A DNA stretch of 64,000 nt, taken from the NCBI GenBank assembly GCA_031550535.1, contig JAVBOM010000083.1:1366-65365 (forward strand). Reading direction: 5' to 3'. Position 1 is the stretch's first letter, and each line of letters begins with the position of its first letter. The position numbers and the translations under genes were made by a program. Below are positions 38,623 to 47,246 of the stretch, one piece after another. The notes below the pieces were generated by a model. The model searched no databases, was not told the origin of the DNA, and saw only the letters and a program-made list of their open reading frames with translations. Source of the DNA: Eubacteriales bacterium (lineage in GTDB: Bacteria; Bacillota; Clostridia; Christensenellales; Aristaeellaceae).

Positions 38623-38985
38623 GGTAATGCTGCATGGGCAGCCCATTGAGACACATAAACGCCAGCGTACCGCGGACACGCGCGCGATTCCCCCTGCCCA
38701 AGCGCATGTGCCCAGCCGCGCAACGAAACGAATGGGTTGTAAAAGGCAAAAAGAAGCCGTATAATAGCACCCACGAGGCGCGGATTTTCACGGTTTTCGC
38801 TTGCAGAAATGTCGAAAATGAAAGCAATCGCGCTGCCGGGAGGATGGTTCTTGTGCCTCGGCACCGGACCAAAGAATTGATTCGGCTTTTTCAAATAACC
38901 CCCGGAACACGATCGGGGCCAATTTCGTGCTTCGCGACCTGTGCAGTTACCCGATCTAACATACGCGAAACGGAGGAAGCAGTCA

Positions 38986-40164
38986 ATGAAAACGCGCTAC
39001 TTGCTCATCATCGGGGACGGCATTGCTGACCGTCCCCTTTCCGTTCTTGGAAACAAGACGCCGCTGGATTATCTCGCCCTGCCCGCGATGGCGCGCCTCG
39101 CCTCGCAGCGCCTGGGCCTTGCCCGCACGGTGCCCGTCGGCACGCCGCCGGGCAGCGACACGGCGATTCTCTCCATCTTCGGCTGCGATCCGCGCCACTG
39201 CTACACGGGCCGCGCGGCGCTGGAGGCGGCGGGCGCGGGCGTCACGCTGCGCGCCAGCGAAACTGCCTGGCGCGTGAACCTGGCGACGGTCGAGGGGGAC
39301 GACTTTGAGACGGCCGTAATGCGCTCGCACAACGGCACGGGCATCGGCGGTCAGGCGGCGCTGGACACCGTGCGCGCGCTGGAAACTGACCCGGCGTATG
39401 CCCGGCTCGCCGCCGCGCTGCGCTTTGTCCTCCACGAAAGCCCCACGTTCCGCCAGATGGGCGTCGGCCCGACGGAAGGCGCATGGGGCGCGCCCTTGCC
39501 CGGCCCGCACGATCACCTGGGCGAGGCGATCGGCCCGCTGATCCCGGAGGGCGACATCCGCGCGCTGGTGAAGGCGTCCTTTGAGGCGCTGCGGGGCCGG
39601 CAGTCCAACTGCATTTGGCCCTGGGCGCCCGGCGAGGCGATGGGTCTGCCCGGCTTTGCGGAGCGATACGGCCATTCGGGCCCCGTCGTCAGCGCCGTGC
39701 CGCTGGTCAAGGGCATCGCCGCGCTGTGCGGCCTGCCGGCACCGGACGTTCCCGGCGCGACCGGCGAGCTGGACACAAACTACCGGGGCAAGGTGGACGC
39801 GGTGCTGGAGGGCTTCCGGCAGGGCGCGGATTTTGCCGCCGTGCACGTGGAAGCGCCGGACGAGTGCTCGCACGCGCTGGATGTACAGGGCAAGCTGGAA
39901 GCGATCCGGCGGCTGGACAACCGCGTCATCGCGCCGGCGCTGGACGGCCTGGACGCGATGGGCGTGCCGTACCGCGTGCTGTTCCTGTCGGACCACCCGA
40001 CACTGCTGGAAAGCGGCGCGCACGACGGTCACCCGGTGCCGTTCTGCCTGTACGACAGCCGCGAGAGCGCCGCGTCCAGGGTCTTTGGCGAAGCGGGAGC
40101 GGAACAGGGCGAACTGGTGGAGGACGGGACGAAGCTGGTGGAGATGCTGTTTGAGATGGACTAG
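38986..40164 (+). CDS. cofactor-independent phosphoglycerate mutase, archaeal/ApgM type
   Basis: MKTRYLLIIGDGIADRPL start. HVEAPDECSHA and FLSDHPT metal-site motifs. GGAGGAAG RBS. Confidence 0.75.
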   Translation: MKTRYLLIIGDGIADRPLSVLGNKTPLDYLALPAMARLASQRLGLARTVPVGTPPGSDTAILSIFGCDPRHCYTGRAALEAAGAGVTLRASETAWRVNLATVEGDDFETAVMRSHNGTGIGGQAALDTVRALETDPAYARLAAALRFVLHESPTFRQMGVGPTEGAWGAPLPGPHDHLGEAIGPLIPEGDIRALVKASFEALRGRQSNCIWPWAPGEAMGLPGFAERYGHSGPVVSAVPLVKGIAALCGLPAPDVPGATGELDTNYRGKVDAVLEGFRQGADFAAVHVEAPDECSHALDVQGKLEAIRRLDNRVIAPALDGLDAMGVPYRVLFLSDHPTLLESGAHDGHPVPFCLYDSRESAASRVFGEAGAEQGELVEDGTKLVEMLFEMD

Positions 40165-40206
40165 GGGCGACGATGCAAAAACCGATACAGCGTCTCCCTG
40201 TTCCAG

Positions 40207-40266
40207 GACGGCGGCGCTGATTCGGAGAATCGGACGCCACAAAGGGATTCCGCAAGGAATCCCTTT
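40207..40266 (-). repeat. R63 repeat copy
   Basis: gacggcggcgctgattcggagaatcggacgccacaaagggattccgcaaggaatcccttt. Confidence 0.9.
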
Positions 40267-40506
40267 TTCACTTGCGCCTCGGCGTAGTGCGCGTCGGTTA
40301 AATATTTGTTGATAACGGATTCGAGCTCATGATGCAATTATACATCCGGTGTATTCGTGCACTCGCCGTCTACAATCACGCCGCTGCGGCAAACAATCAT
40401 CATCCGCATAGAAACCGCTGATGTTGTGGCGCTTGCAATGCCGCTTCTTGATTTCGTTCGCCCGCTCAAGGGGAAGGTCATTGAGCGATGCAAAGGGGTC
40501 TTCACC

Positions 40507-41049
40507 TCACCTTGGATATAGTACAGCGTCAGGAAGCGGGGAACTTGCTTCAAAGCCTCGCCCTCCCTTCGTATACCGCACCTCCGCCAGCGCCTTCCCG
40601 CCGATCTCTATCTCCGCCCGGTCCGGGGAAACCACGAACCCGCGCTTCTCATAGAACGCCCGGGCGCGAGCATTATCTTCCAGCACCCACAGGTACATAC
40701 GGTCAAACCCCTTCTCCCCAAGCAGGGCGATGGCCGCGTCCATCAGCGCCGCGCCGTGCCCCTTGCCCCAGTACGGCGGCAACAGATACAGCGAGATGAT
40801 CTCGCCCCAACCGGCCATCGACGTATCCCGCGCCGCGCAGACGGACGACGTGCCGGCATACGCCTCCCCATCCATCAGCACCAGGGCGTCATACGCGCTG
40901 CCCGCGAGCACCGTCGCCCAGCGCGCTTCCGTCAGCGCGTCCAGGTACGCCTGCGGCACAATGCCCCGGTACGCGGCCTTCCAGCTCTCCGAATAGATCC
41001 GCGCGATCGCCCGAAAGTCATCCCCGGGCATTACCCTGCGTATTTCCAT
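40507..41049 (-). CDS. GNAT family N-acetyltransferase
   Basis: 180 aa. YLLPPYWGKGHGAALMDAA acetyl-CoA-binding motif. Confidence 0.8.
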   Translation of the reverse strand: MEIRRVMPGDDFRAIARIYSESWKAAYRGIVPQAYLDALTEARWATVLAGSAYDALVLMDGEAYAGTSSVCAARDTSMAGWGEIISLYLLPPYWGKGHGAALMDAAIALLGEKGFDRMYLWVLEDNARARAFYEKRGFVVSPDRAEIEIGGKALAEVRYTKGGRGFEASSPLPDAVLYPR

Positions 41050-41066
41050 GCCGCCTATTCCCCCGC

Positions 41067-41564
41067 TCAGTCCGAAATGCCGAACATCGCCCGGCAGAGT
41101 CTCTTCCCATGCGCCGTGCGGAAAACTTTCTTGTACGCCGCGCGCACCGCCGCTTCATCCTTCTTGCCGTCGTGCAGATTCACCAGGAAATCCGCCTCCA
41201 CCAGAATCTGATAGTCCAGCCCGTCCATATCCGTGTATGTGTGATGGTGGCCGACCAGATAGCAGACCCTTTGCACGGCCGCGTCGCCATAACCCGCCGC
41301 CCGGAGCAGCGTTTCCGCTTCCGGCGGCCCCTCCAGCTCCTGCAGCTTGCCATCGCTCCGGCCGTATTTCTTGTTTGCGTTCACGATGCCGATGTCGTGC
41401 ACAATCGCGGCAGCCCCGAGAATCTCCATCGTCCCGCCGTCCAGGGCCTCCCCCAACCCAATCTGCCGCGCAAACCCGTACACCTTCAAAAAATGATGGA
41501 CAAGCCCCGGCTCTCCGGCGCAGTAGTCCACCATCGCGTCCGTCAGCGCAAATTCCTTGTGCAT
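41067..41564 (-). CDS. HD-domain phosphohydrolase
   Basis: AAIVHDIG and LVGHHHTY motifs. ATG 41564 follows GGAAGAAGGGGA. Confidence 0.7.
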   Translation of the reverse strand: MHKEFALTDAMVDYCAGEPGLVHHFLKVYGFARQIGLGEALDGGTMEILGAAAIVHDIGIVNANKKYGRSDGKLQELEGPPEAETLLRAAGYGDAAVQRVCYLVGHHHTYTDMDGLDYQILVEADFLVNLHDGKKDEAAVRAAYKKVFRTAHGKRLCRAMFGISD

Positions 41565-41666
41565 CGCGGTCCCCTTCTTCCTTTGTGGCTTTTGTCTCCT
41601 CATCATACAACAAAAAACGGATGTGGTCCATCCGGATCACATCCGCGTCATCGGAACGTCTAGGCC

Positions 41667-42479
41667 CTACTGCTGGCTGCTCGCCAGTTCGTTCGCTTCC
41701 TCAATCCACTTGTAGTACAGCCCCTGCTCGGCCACCTCGGCCAGAATCTCATTGATCTTCGCGATGAACTCCGCTTCGCCCTTGGGCACCGCGCCCGCGA
41801 CGCCCAGCGACTCATACGCAAACTTCTCCGCGCAGATCAGCAGCTCCGGGTAGTTCTTCACGTACTGATCCGCGACGACGGACGCGAGCGCCACGCCGGC
41901 CACCTTGCCGCTCTGCAGCATCATGATGGCATTGGGGATGGCGGTGATCAGTTCCAGTTTCGCGTCCGGAAGCTGCGTTGTGACCAGTTCCGCCTGCAGC
42001 GTGCCGTTCTGCCCGGCCACCGCCTTACCCTTGAAGTCCGCGAGCGACTTGTACGTGTCGGCGTTCTTTCCCAGGATGACGACGACCTGGTCGCCGTCGT
42101 TGTAGTACACGTCGGTGAAGGACATCGTCCCCTCGCGCTCGGCCTTGGGCACCATGCCCGCGAGCACCAGATCGCACGACGCCTGGCCCACGGCGGCCAG
42201 CAGCGTGTCAAAGTCCATGGCCGCAAGCTCCAGCGTCACGCCCAGCTTTTCCGCCAGATACTTCGCCAATTCGATATCCGCGCCGACAATGGCGTCGGTG
42301 CCGGTCTTGGTCAGGTCCATGAACTCATACGGCGCGTAGTCCGGCGATGTGGCGACGACGAGCTTGCCCTCGCCCAGCACCTTTTCCAGCAGATTCGTGT
42401 AGGTCGAGCTTGCCATCGCGGGTACGCCGCAGGATGCCGTGAGTACCAGGGCCACCAGAAGGGCCATCCATTTTTTCAT
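41667..42479 (-). CDS. amino-acid ABC transporter substrate-binding lipoprotein (SBP_bac_3)
   Basis: Lipobox LTASCG. VVATSPDYAPYEF and GFDIELAK-like motifs. AGGAGA RBS. Confidence 0.8.
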   Translation of the reverse strand: MKKWMALLVALVLTASCGVPAMASSTYTNLLEKVLGEGKLVVATSPDYAPYEFMDLTKTGTDAIVGADIELAKYLAEKLGVTLELAAMDFDTLLAAVGQASCDLVLAGMVPKAEREGTMSFTDVYYNDGDQVVVILGKNADTYKSLADFKGKAVAGQNGTLQAELVTTQLPDAKLELITAIPNAIMMLQSGKVAGVALASVVADQYVKNYPELLICAEKFAYESLGVAGAVPKGEAEFIAKINEILAEVAEQGLYYKWIEEANELASSQQ

Positions 42480-42640
42480 GAGACGTTCTCCTCTTGAGTA
42501 ATTTTTATTCGTCATATGTGTATTTATATGCTACCAAGGTTTTCCATTTTTGTCAAGATCACAGGGTCGAAAAGTTTCAGAAAATACGCCGATTTTCGAT
42601 GACAAGGCGCAAAGTCTATGGTACAATGGCCGCGTTTACG

Positions 42641-42700
42641 GAAAGGATTCTTCGAGGAATTTCTCTTCGGCGCCCGATTTTTCAAATCCACGCCGCCGTG
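42641..42700 (+). repeat. R63 copy (diverged) in the 5' leader of the aminotransferase gene
   Basis: gaaaggattcttcgaggaatttctcttcggcgcccgatttttcaaatccacgccgccgtg. Lies between an ATGACA-N17-TACAAT promoter-like site (42599-42627) and the AAGGAGGGA RBS. Confidence 0.75.
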
Positions 42701-42722
42701 AGCAAACAAAGGAGGGACGGCC

Positions 42723-43910
42723 ATGCCGGCGTTAAGCCACCGTGTCAGCACTTTTACGGACTCCGTCATCCGCCGCATGACGCGCATCGCGGACGCGTGC
42801 GAGGGGACGATCAACCTATCGCAGGGGTTTCCGGACTTCGATCCGCCGGAGGCGCTGCTGAAAGCCCTGTCCAGGGCGGCCACCGAGGGACCGCATCAAT
42901 ATTCAGTCACATTCGGCGCGGAGAACTTCCGCCGCGCGCTCGCGGACAAGCAGGGCGCGGCGTACGGATACGAAATCGACCCGGAGACGGAGATCGTCGT
43001 CACCTGTGGCGGCACGGAAGCGATGATGGCCGCGATGATGACGATCTGCGATCCGGGCGACAAGGTGATCGTTTTTTCGCCCTTCTACGAAAACTACGGC
43101 GCGGACGCCATCCTGTCCGGCGCGACGCCCATCTTCGTGCCGCTCGCGCCGCCGGACTTCCAGTTCGACCCGAAGGTCCTGGAGGACGCGTTCCGCCAAG
43201 GGGTCAAAGCGATCATCGTCTGCAACCCGTCCAACCCGTGTGGCAAGGTGTTCACGGCGGACGAGCTCACGCTGATCGGCTCGCTGTGCCAGCGGTACGA
43301 CGCGTTTCTGATCACCGACGAGGTGTACGAGCACATCGTCTACGCGCCGCACCATCATACCTACGCCGCGACGCTGCCCGGTCTCCGGGACCGCGTGCTC
43401 TGCTGCTCGTCGCTGTCCAAGACGTATTCCATCACCGGCTGGCGGCTCGGCTACCTGATCGGCCCGGGGGACGTGATTGAATCCGCGAAAAAGGTGCACG
43501 ACTTTCTGACCGTCGGCGCGGCCGCGCCGCTGCAGGAGGCCGCCGTCGCGGGGCTTAGGCTCCCCCGTTCGTATTATGACGAGCTTGGCGCGCTGTACGC
43601 CAAGAAGCGCGCGCGCTTCCTCACCGGCCTCACGGATATCGGCCTGCCCCACACCGCGCCGGAGGGCACGTACTTCGTCCTAGCGGACATCAGCCGCTTC
43701 CTTCAAATGGAACAGTTCCAAGGCTACACCGATCTCGCGTTCTGCGAGTGGATGATCCGCGCGGTCGGTGTGGCGGCGGTGCCCGGCTCCAGCTTCTTCC
43801 GCGAGCCGGTGAACCACCTGATCCGTCTCCACTTTGCCCGGCGCGAGGACACGCTGGACGAGGCGATACGCCGCCTTGGCCGGCTGGAAAGGATGGCGAA
43901 GGCGCTATGA
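42723..43910 (+). CDS. class I/II PLP-dependent aminotransferase
   Basis: INLSQGFPDFDPP and CSSLSKTYSITGWRLGY (PLP lysine) motifs. Confidence 0.85.
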   Translation: MPALSHRVSTFTDSVIRRMTRIADACEGTINLSQGFPDFDPPEALLKALSRAATEGPHQYSVTFGAENFRRALADKQGAAYGYEIDPETEIVVTCGGTEAMMAAMMTICDPGDKVIVFSPFYENYGADAILSGATPIFVPLAPPDFQFDPKVLEDAFRQGVKAIIVCNPSNPCGKVFTADELTLIGSLCQRYDAFLITDEVYEHIVYAPHHHTYAATLPGLRDRVLCCSSLSKTYSITGWRLGYLIGPGDVIESAKKVHDFLTVGAAAPLQEAAVAGLRLPRSYYDELGALYAKKRARFLTGLTDIGLPHTAPEGTYFVLADISRFLQMEQFQGYTDLAFCEWMIRAVGVAAVPGSSFFREPVNHLIRLHFARREDTLDEAIRRLGRLERMAKAL

Positions 43911-44986
43911 CACACGTATCCCTGCCCAACTACACCATCGGCGAGGGCGCGACGGAAACGCTGGCCGCGCTGCTGAAGGGGAAGCGTGTGGCTATCGTCA
44001 GCGGCGAAAAGAGCTGGGCGGCCGCGAAGCCGCGGCTGCCGGAGCTTTCCGTTTGCACACACCACCTGTACGGCGGCGAGTGCTCCCCCACGTCCATCGG
44101 CGCGGCGGCGAACGCGGCGGCAAAGGCGGGCGCGGAGGCGCTGCTCGGCATCGGCGGCGGCAAGGCGCTGGACGTGGCAAAAGCCGCCGCGCACCGCCTG
44201 CATTTGCCCGTGTACACGCTGCCAACCATCGCGGCCACGTGCGCGGCGGTGACGCGCCTGTCCGTCGTCTATCACGAGGACGGCACGTTTGATTCGTTCT
44301 GGCGGCAGGATCAGGCCCCGGCGCACGCGGCGATCGATACGGCGCTCTTGGCCACAGCCCCCGCGCGCTATCTCCGGGCGGGCATCGCCGACGCCGTCGC
44401 CAAGGGCAGAGAGCCTGTCTTTTCCGCGCGCGGTGACGGGGATGTCAACTACGCGTCGCGCCTTGGACTGACAGCCAGCGCGATGTGCGTCGCGCCGCTG
44501 CTCGCGTGCGGTGCGGAGGCGTATGCCGATAACCTGAAGGAAACGCCGACCTCCGCGTTTGAGGAGGCGCTGCAGGGCGTGATCGTCAGTACGGGGATGG
44601 TGTCGCTGCTGGTGGACGAGATGTACAACGGCGCGATCGCGCATTCCGTGTGCTACGGCCTGGACGAACTGCCGGGCCTCCAGGCACGCGCGCTGCACGG
44701 CGAACTGGTCGGCTATGGCTGCCTGGTGCAGCTCGCGGTGGATAGCGCCATGGGCGACGAGCCATACCGGCAGGAAGCAGCGAGCCTGCTCCCCCGCCTG
44801 GGGGCATTCCTTCGGTCGATGGACATTCCCGTCACGCTGGCGGGGTTTGGCGTGGCGTGCGATGAGGGCGCGCTCGCGCCGATGCTGCGGGTGACGCCTG
44901 CAACCCCGGACATGGAGCACGTGCCCTATCCGGTGGACAAGGATATGTTGCTGGCCGCGATGCGGGCGGTGGAGGCCATGGGATAG
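43907..44986 (+). CDS. iron-containing alcohol / glycerol dehydrogenase family oxidoreductase
   Basis: GIGGGKALDVAKAAA and LPTIAATCAA motifs. ATGA overlap with the aminotransferase stop. Confidence 0.75.
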   Translation: MTHVSLPNYTIGEGATETLAALLKGKRVAIVSGEKSWAAAKPRLPELSVCTHHLYGGECSPTSIGAAANAAAKAGAEALLGIGGGKALDVAKAAAHRLHLPVYTLPTIAATCAAVTRLSVVYHEDGTFDSFWRQDQAPAHAAIDTALLATAPARYLRAGIADAVAKGREPVFSARGDGDVNYASRLGLTASAMCVAPLLACGAEAYADNLKETPTSAFEEALQGVIVSTGMVSLLVDEMYNGAIAHSVCYGLDELPGLQARALHGELVGYGCLVQLAVDSAMGDEPYRQEAASLLPRLGAFLRSMDIPVTLAGFGVACDEGALAPMLRVTPATPDMEHVPYPVDKDMLLAAMRAVEAMG

Positions 44987-45010
44987 CCCGGAGGTGCCAT
45001 GAGAACAAAA

Positions 45011-45055
45011 AACACGCCGTCCGCGCGATTTGCTGCGCGGGCGGCGTGTTTCTGT
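45011..45055 (+). terminator. rho-independent terminator
   Basis: ACACGCCGTCCGCGC-loop-GCGCGGGCGGCGTGT followed by TTCTG. Confidence 0.6.
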
Positions 45056-45182
45056 GGCGGCGGCGCTGATTTGAAAAATCGGGCGCCATAATGGGATTCC
45101 GCAAGGAATCCTTTCCTTAACGACGGCGCTGATTCGAAAAATCGGGCGCCATGAGAGGATTTCGCAAGAAGTCCTTACCTCT
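45054..45182 (-). repeat. two tandem R63 copies ending 3 nt from the stop codon of the minus-strand gene
   Basis: gtggcggcggcgctgatttgaaaaatcgggcgccataatgggattccgcaaggaatcctttcctt, then aacgacggcgctgattcgaaaaatcgggcgccatgagaggatttcgcaagaagtccttacctct. Confidence 0.9.
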
Positions 45183-45184
45183 CG

Positions 45185-47002
45185 TCAGTTGATGGTCTCC
45201 CCGGTCAGGTTCTTCCAGGCTGCCCGGAGCGATTTTTGATTCGCGACGCCGTAGTTCGGGTCGTTCTTCGCGCACTCATCCATATCGCGCAGAAAGTGCA
45301 CGCACAGGTGGCCGTCAAAGTTGTTGTTCTCGATCTTTCCACTCAGGTGCGGCACGTTATGCATCGTCGCCATGGTCCAGGTGCCGCCCGGAAGCTGCAC
45401 GTACACAGGCTTGATGTCCCACTTTTTCATGTTACCAAACGCCGCGTTCATGTAGAGCGTGTCCTCCGCCGTCAGCGGCTCGCTGTCGCAGTGGTTGCCC
45501 AGCGAGAGGGATTTGAGCTTGTAGCCGTACCCTGTCGCGGGATCGTACACCTGCATGACGCCGCTGCCGGACCGCAGCGACGGCCTTACGGCGTTGAACC
45601 AGTGCAGGAGCTTGACCGACGACGCGGCCGGCCCGCTGATTTTCCCGGAGCCGCCCGTACCGGACGATCCGCCGGACGCAATCGGCGCGCCGTAAAGCGA
45701 GGTCAGCGTTGCGCTGCCCGCCACGCCATCGGCGTTCAGACGGTTCGCCCGCTGGAAGGCAATGACGGCCGCCTTGGTCGCGGTGCCATAGAACCCCGTG
45801 GCGTTCGCGGAAAGGTACCCCAGCGTTTTCAGCTTCTTCTGCATCGTTGTCACGGCGGCGGATTTCATGCCTTCCTTCAGCGTCGCGTATGTCGTGGTCC
45901 CGCCGGTCGTGCCCGATGCATTCGGTTTCGCGTTGCTGCTGTACAGCGTCATCTGCGTCGCCGAGCCGGCTACGCCGTCGGCGGTCAGGTTGTGCGCCCG
46001 TTGGAAGTCCTGTACGGCAAGCTGCGTCTGTGACCCGTAGAACCCCGTCGCGTTCGCGGTCATGTACCCCAGATCCTTCAGCGACTGCTGCAACGTCTTG
46101 ACCGCGTTGCTCGTCATGCCGCGCTTCAGCGTCGCGTATTCCGTGGCGCCTGTTGTGGACGACGGGACGCTGGCGGTGGTTCCGTCCGCAGCCTTCGCGC
46201 CGCCAGAGTACAGCAGGTTCTGCGTCACCGTGCCCGCCTTGCCGTCCGATGTAAGGCTGGATTTCTTCTGGAAGTCAACGACCGCCTTCTGCGTTGCCGC
46301 GCCGAAAATGCCGTCCGCTTTGCCGGACAGGTAGCCCAGCGCAACCAGCCGGTCCTGTAGCGATTTTACATCGTTCCCCCGGTCGCCCAGGCGCAGCGTC
46401 TTGGTCGAAGGCGTCCCGGCCGTGGATGACGTGCTAGGCGTGGTGTCCGCCGTCGTTGTGCCCGCCGTGGATGTGCCGGTGGTGGCCGCGGCCGTGCCGG
46501 TCGCGGCAATCGCGGTGTTGGCGTACATGATCCGCTGCGTCTCCCCGCCCGCGATCCCGTCCGCTTTGATTTTGTTTGATTTCTGAAAGCTCTTGACGGC
46601 TTCCACCGTCGATCTGCCAAACACGCCGTCCGCGCTGCCGGCCATGTAGCCCAGCTCGATCAGGCGCTTTTGCACATCCGCCACATAGGGGTTCTCGTCC
46701 CCCTCCTTCAGCGGATAGTAGCCGCTGCGGGTCAGCTCCATCAGGTAGGATGTGCTCGCGTACCCCGTATGGCCATTGTATGCTGTCTTTGTCCATCCGC
46801 CCGACGAACCCAGGATCGCAATCTCCGTGCCACCCGGGATCGTCACCAGGGTATCGCTCTTGGTGTTCGCCTCTTTGCGCAGGCGCAGATTGCACCGCGC
46901 CACGCGCGTCTGCGCCGCCACAGCCGGGAACACCGGCCACGCCGTCGCCACCATCATCGCCACCGCCAGCAAATACGCCCCCATGCACCTCGCCATACGC
47001 AT
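45185..47002 (-). CDS. secreted SH3b + 5x peptidoglycan-binding (PG_binding_1) protein with an uncharacterised His-rich C-terminal domain, paralog A
   Basis: Signal peptide, then an SH3-like segment (VARCNLRLRKEANTKSD...GWTKTAYNGHTGYAS). Five G-x-x-V-x-x-LQ-x-x-L-x-x-LGY...DG-x-FG units. C-terminal HNVPHLSG and NNFDGHLCVHF. Confidence 0.75.
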   Translation of the reverse strand: MRMARCMGAYLLAVAMMVATAWPVFPAVAAQTRVARCNLRLRKEANTKSDTLVTIPGGTEIAILGSSGGWTKTAYNGHTGYASTSYLMELTRSGYYPLKEGDENPYVADVQKRLIELGYMAGSADGVFGRSTVEAVKSFQKSNKIKADGIAGGETQRIMYANTAIAATGTAAATTGTSTAGTTTADTTPSTSSTAGTPSTKTLRLGDRGNDVKSLQDRLVALGYLSGKADGIFGAATQKAVVDFQKKSSLTSDGKAGTVTQNLLYSGGAKAADGTTASVPSSTTGATEYATLKRGMTSNAVKTLQQSLKDLGYMTANATGFYGSQTQLAVQDFQRAHNLTADGVAGSATQMTLYSSNAKPNASGTTGGTTTYATLKEGMKSAAVTTMQKKLKTLGYLSANATGFYGTATKAAVIAFQRANRLNADGVAGSATLTSLYGAPIASGGSSGTGGSGKISGPAASSVKLLHWFNAVRPSLRSGSGVMQVYDPATGYGYKLKSLSLGNHCDSEPLTAEDTLYMNAAFGNMKKWDIKPVYVQLPGGTWTMATMHNVPHLSGKIENNNFDGHLCVHFLRDMDECAKNDPNYGVANQKSLRAAWKNLTGETIN

Positions 47003-47164
47003 ACACACACAACCTCCCCGATTTGGGATAGGGTTATTATACGGGTAATTGTGTCGTGCGTCAACCAATTTGTAACATTTTTTACTTATTTTGTTAATTT
47101 ATCGAGATTTATCCGTCTTGTTTTCGTAATGTTATAGTATCCCCCCACCACACACAATCCTGCC

Positions 47165-47199
47165 CCAAAACGAATCAGAGCCGGAATCGCTTCCGGCTC
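47165..47199 (-). terminator. rho-independent terminator between the two paralogs
   Basis: Minus strand reads GAGCCGGAA-GCGA-TTCCGGCTC followed by TGATTCGTTTTGG. Confidence 0.6.
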
Positions 47200-47246
47200 G
47201 GTTCGGAACTTTGGGTAACTACAGAGGAGTGGGACAGGCTTGTTTA

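Noticed and set aside
40338-40553. 71-aa ORF, and an alternative frame, in the lower-GC gap between the apgM-type gene and the GNAT gene.
   Set aside because: It has no RBS and no recognisable motifs. The alternative frame lacks a start codon. The ORF overlaps the 3' end of the GNAT gene. It may be a gene remnant, but nothing can be supported.
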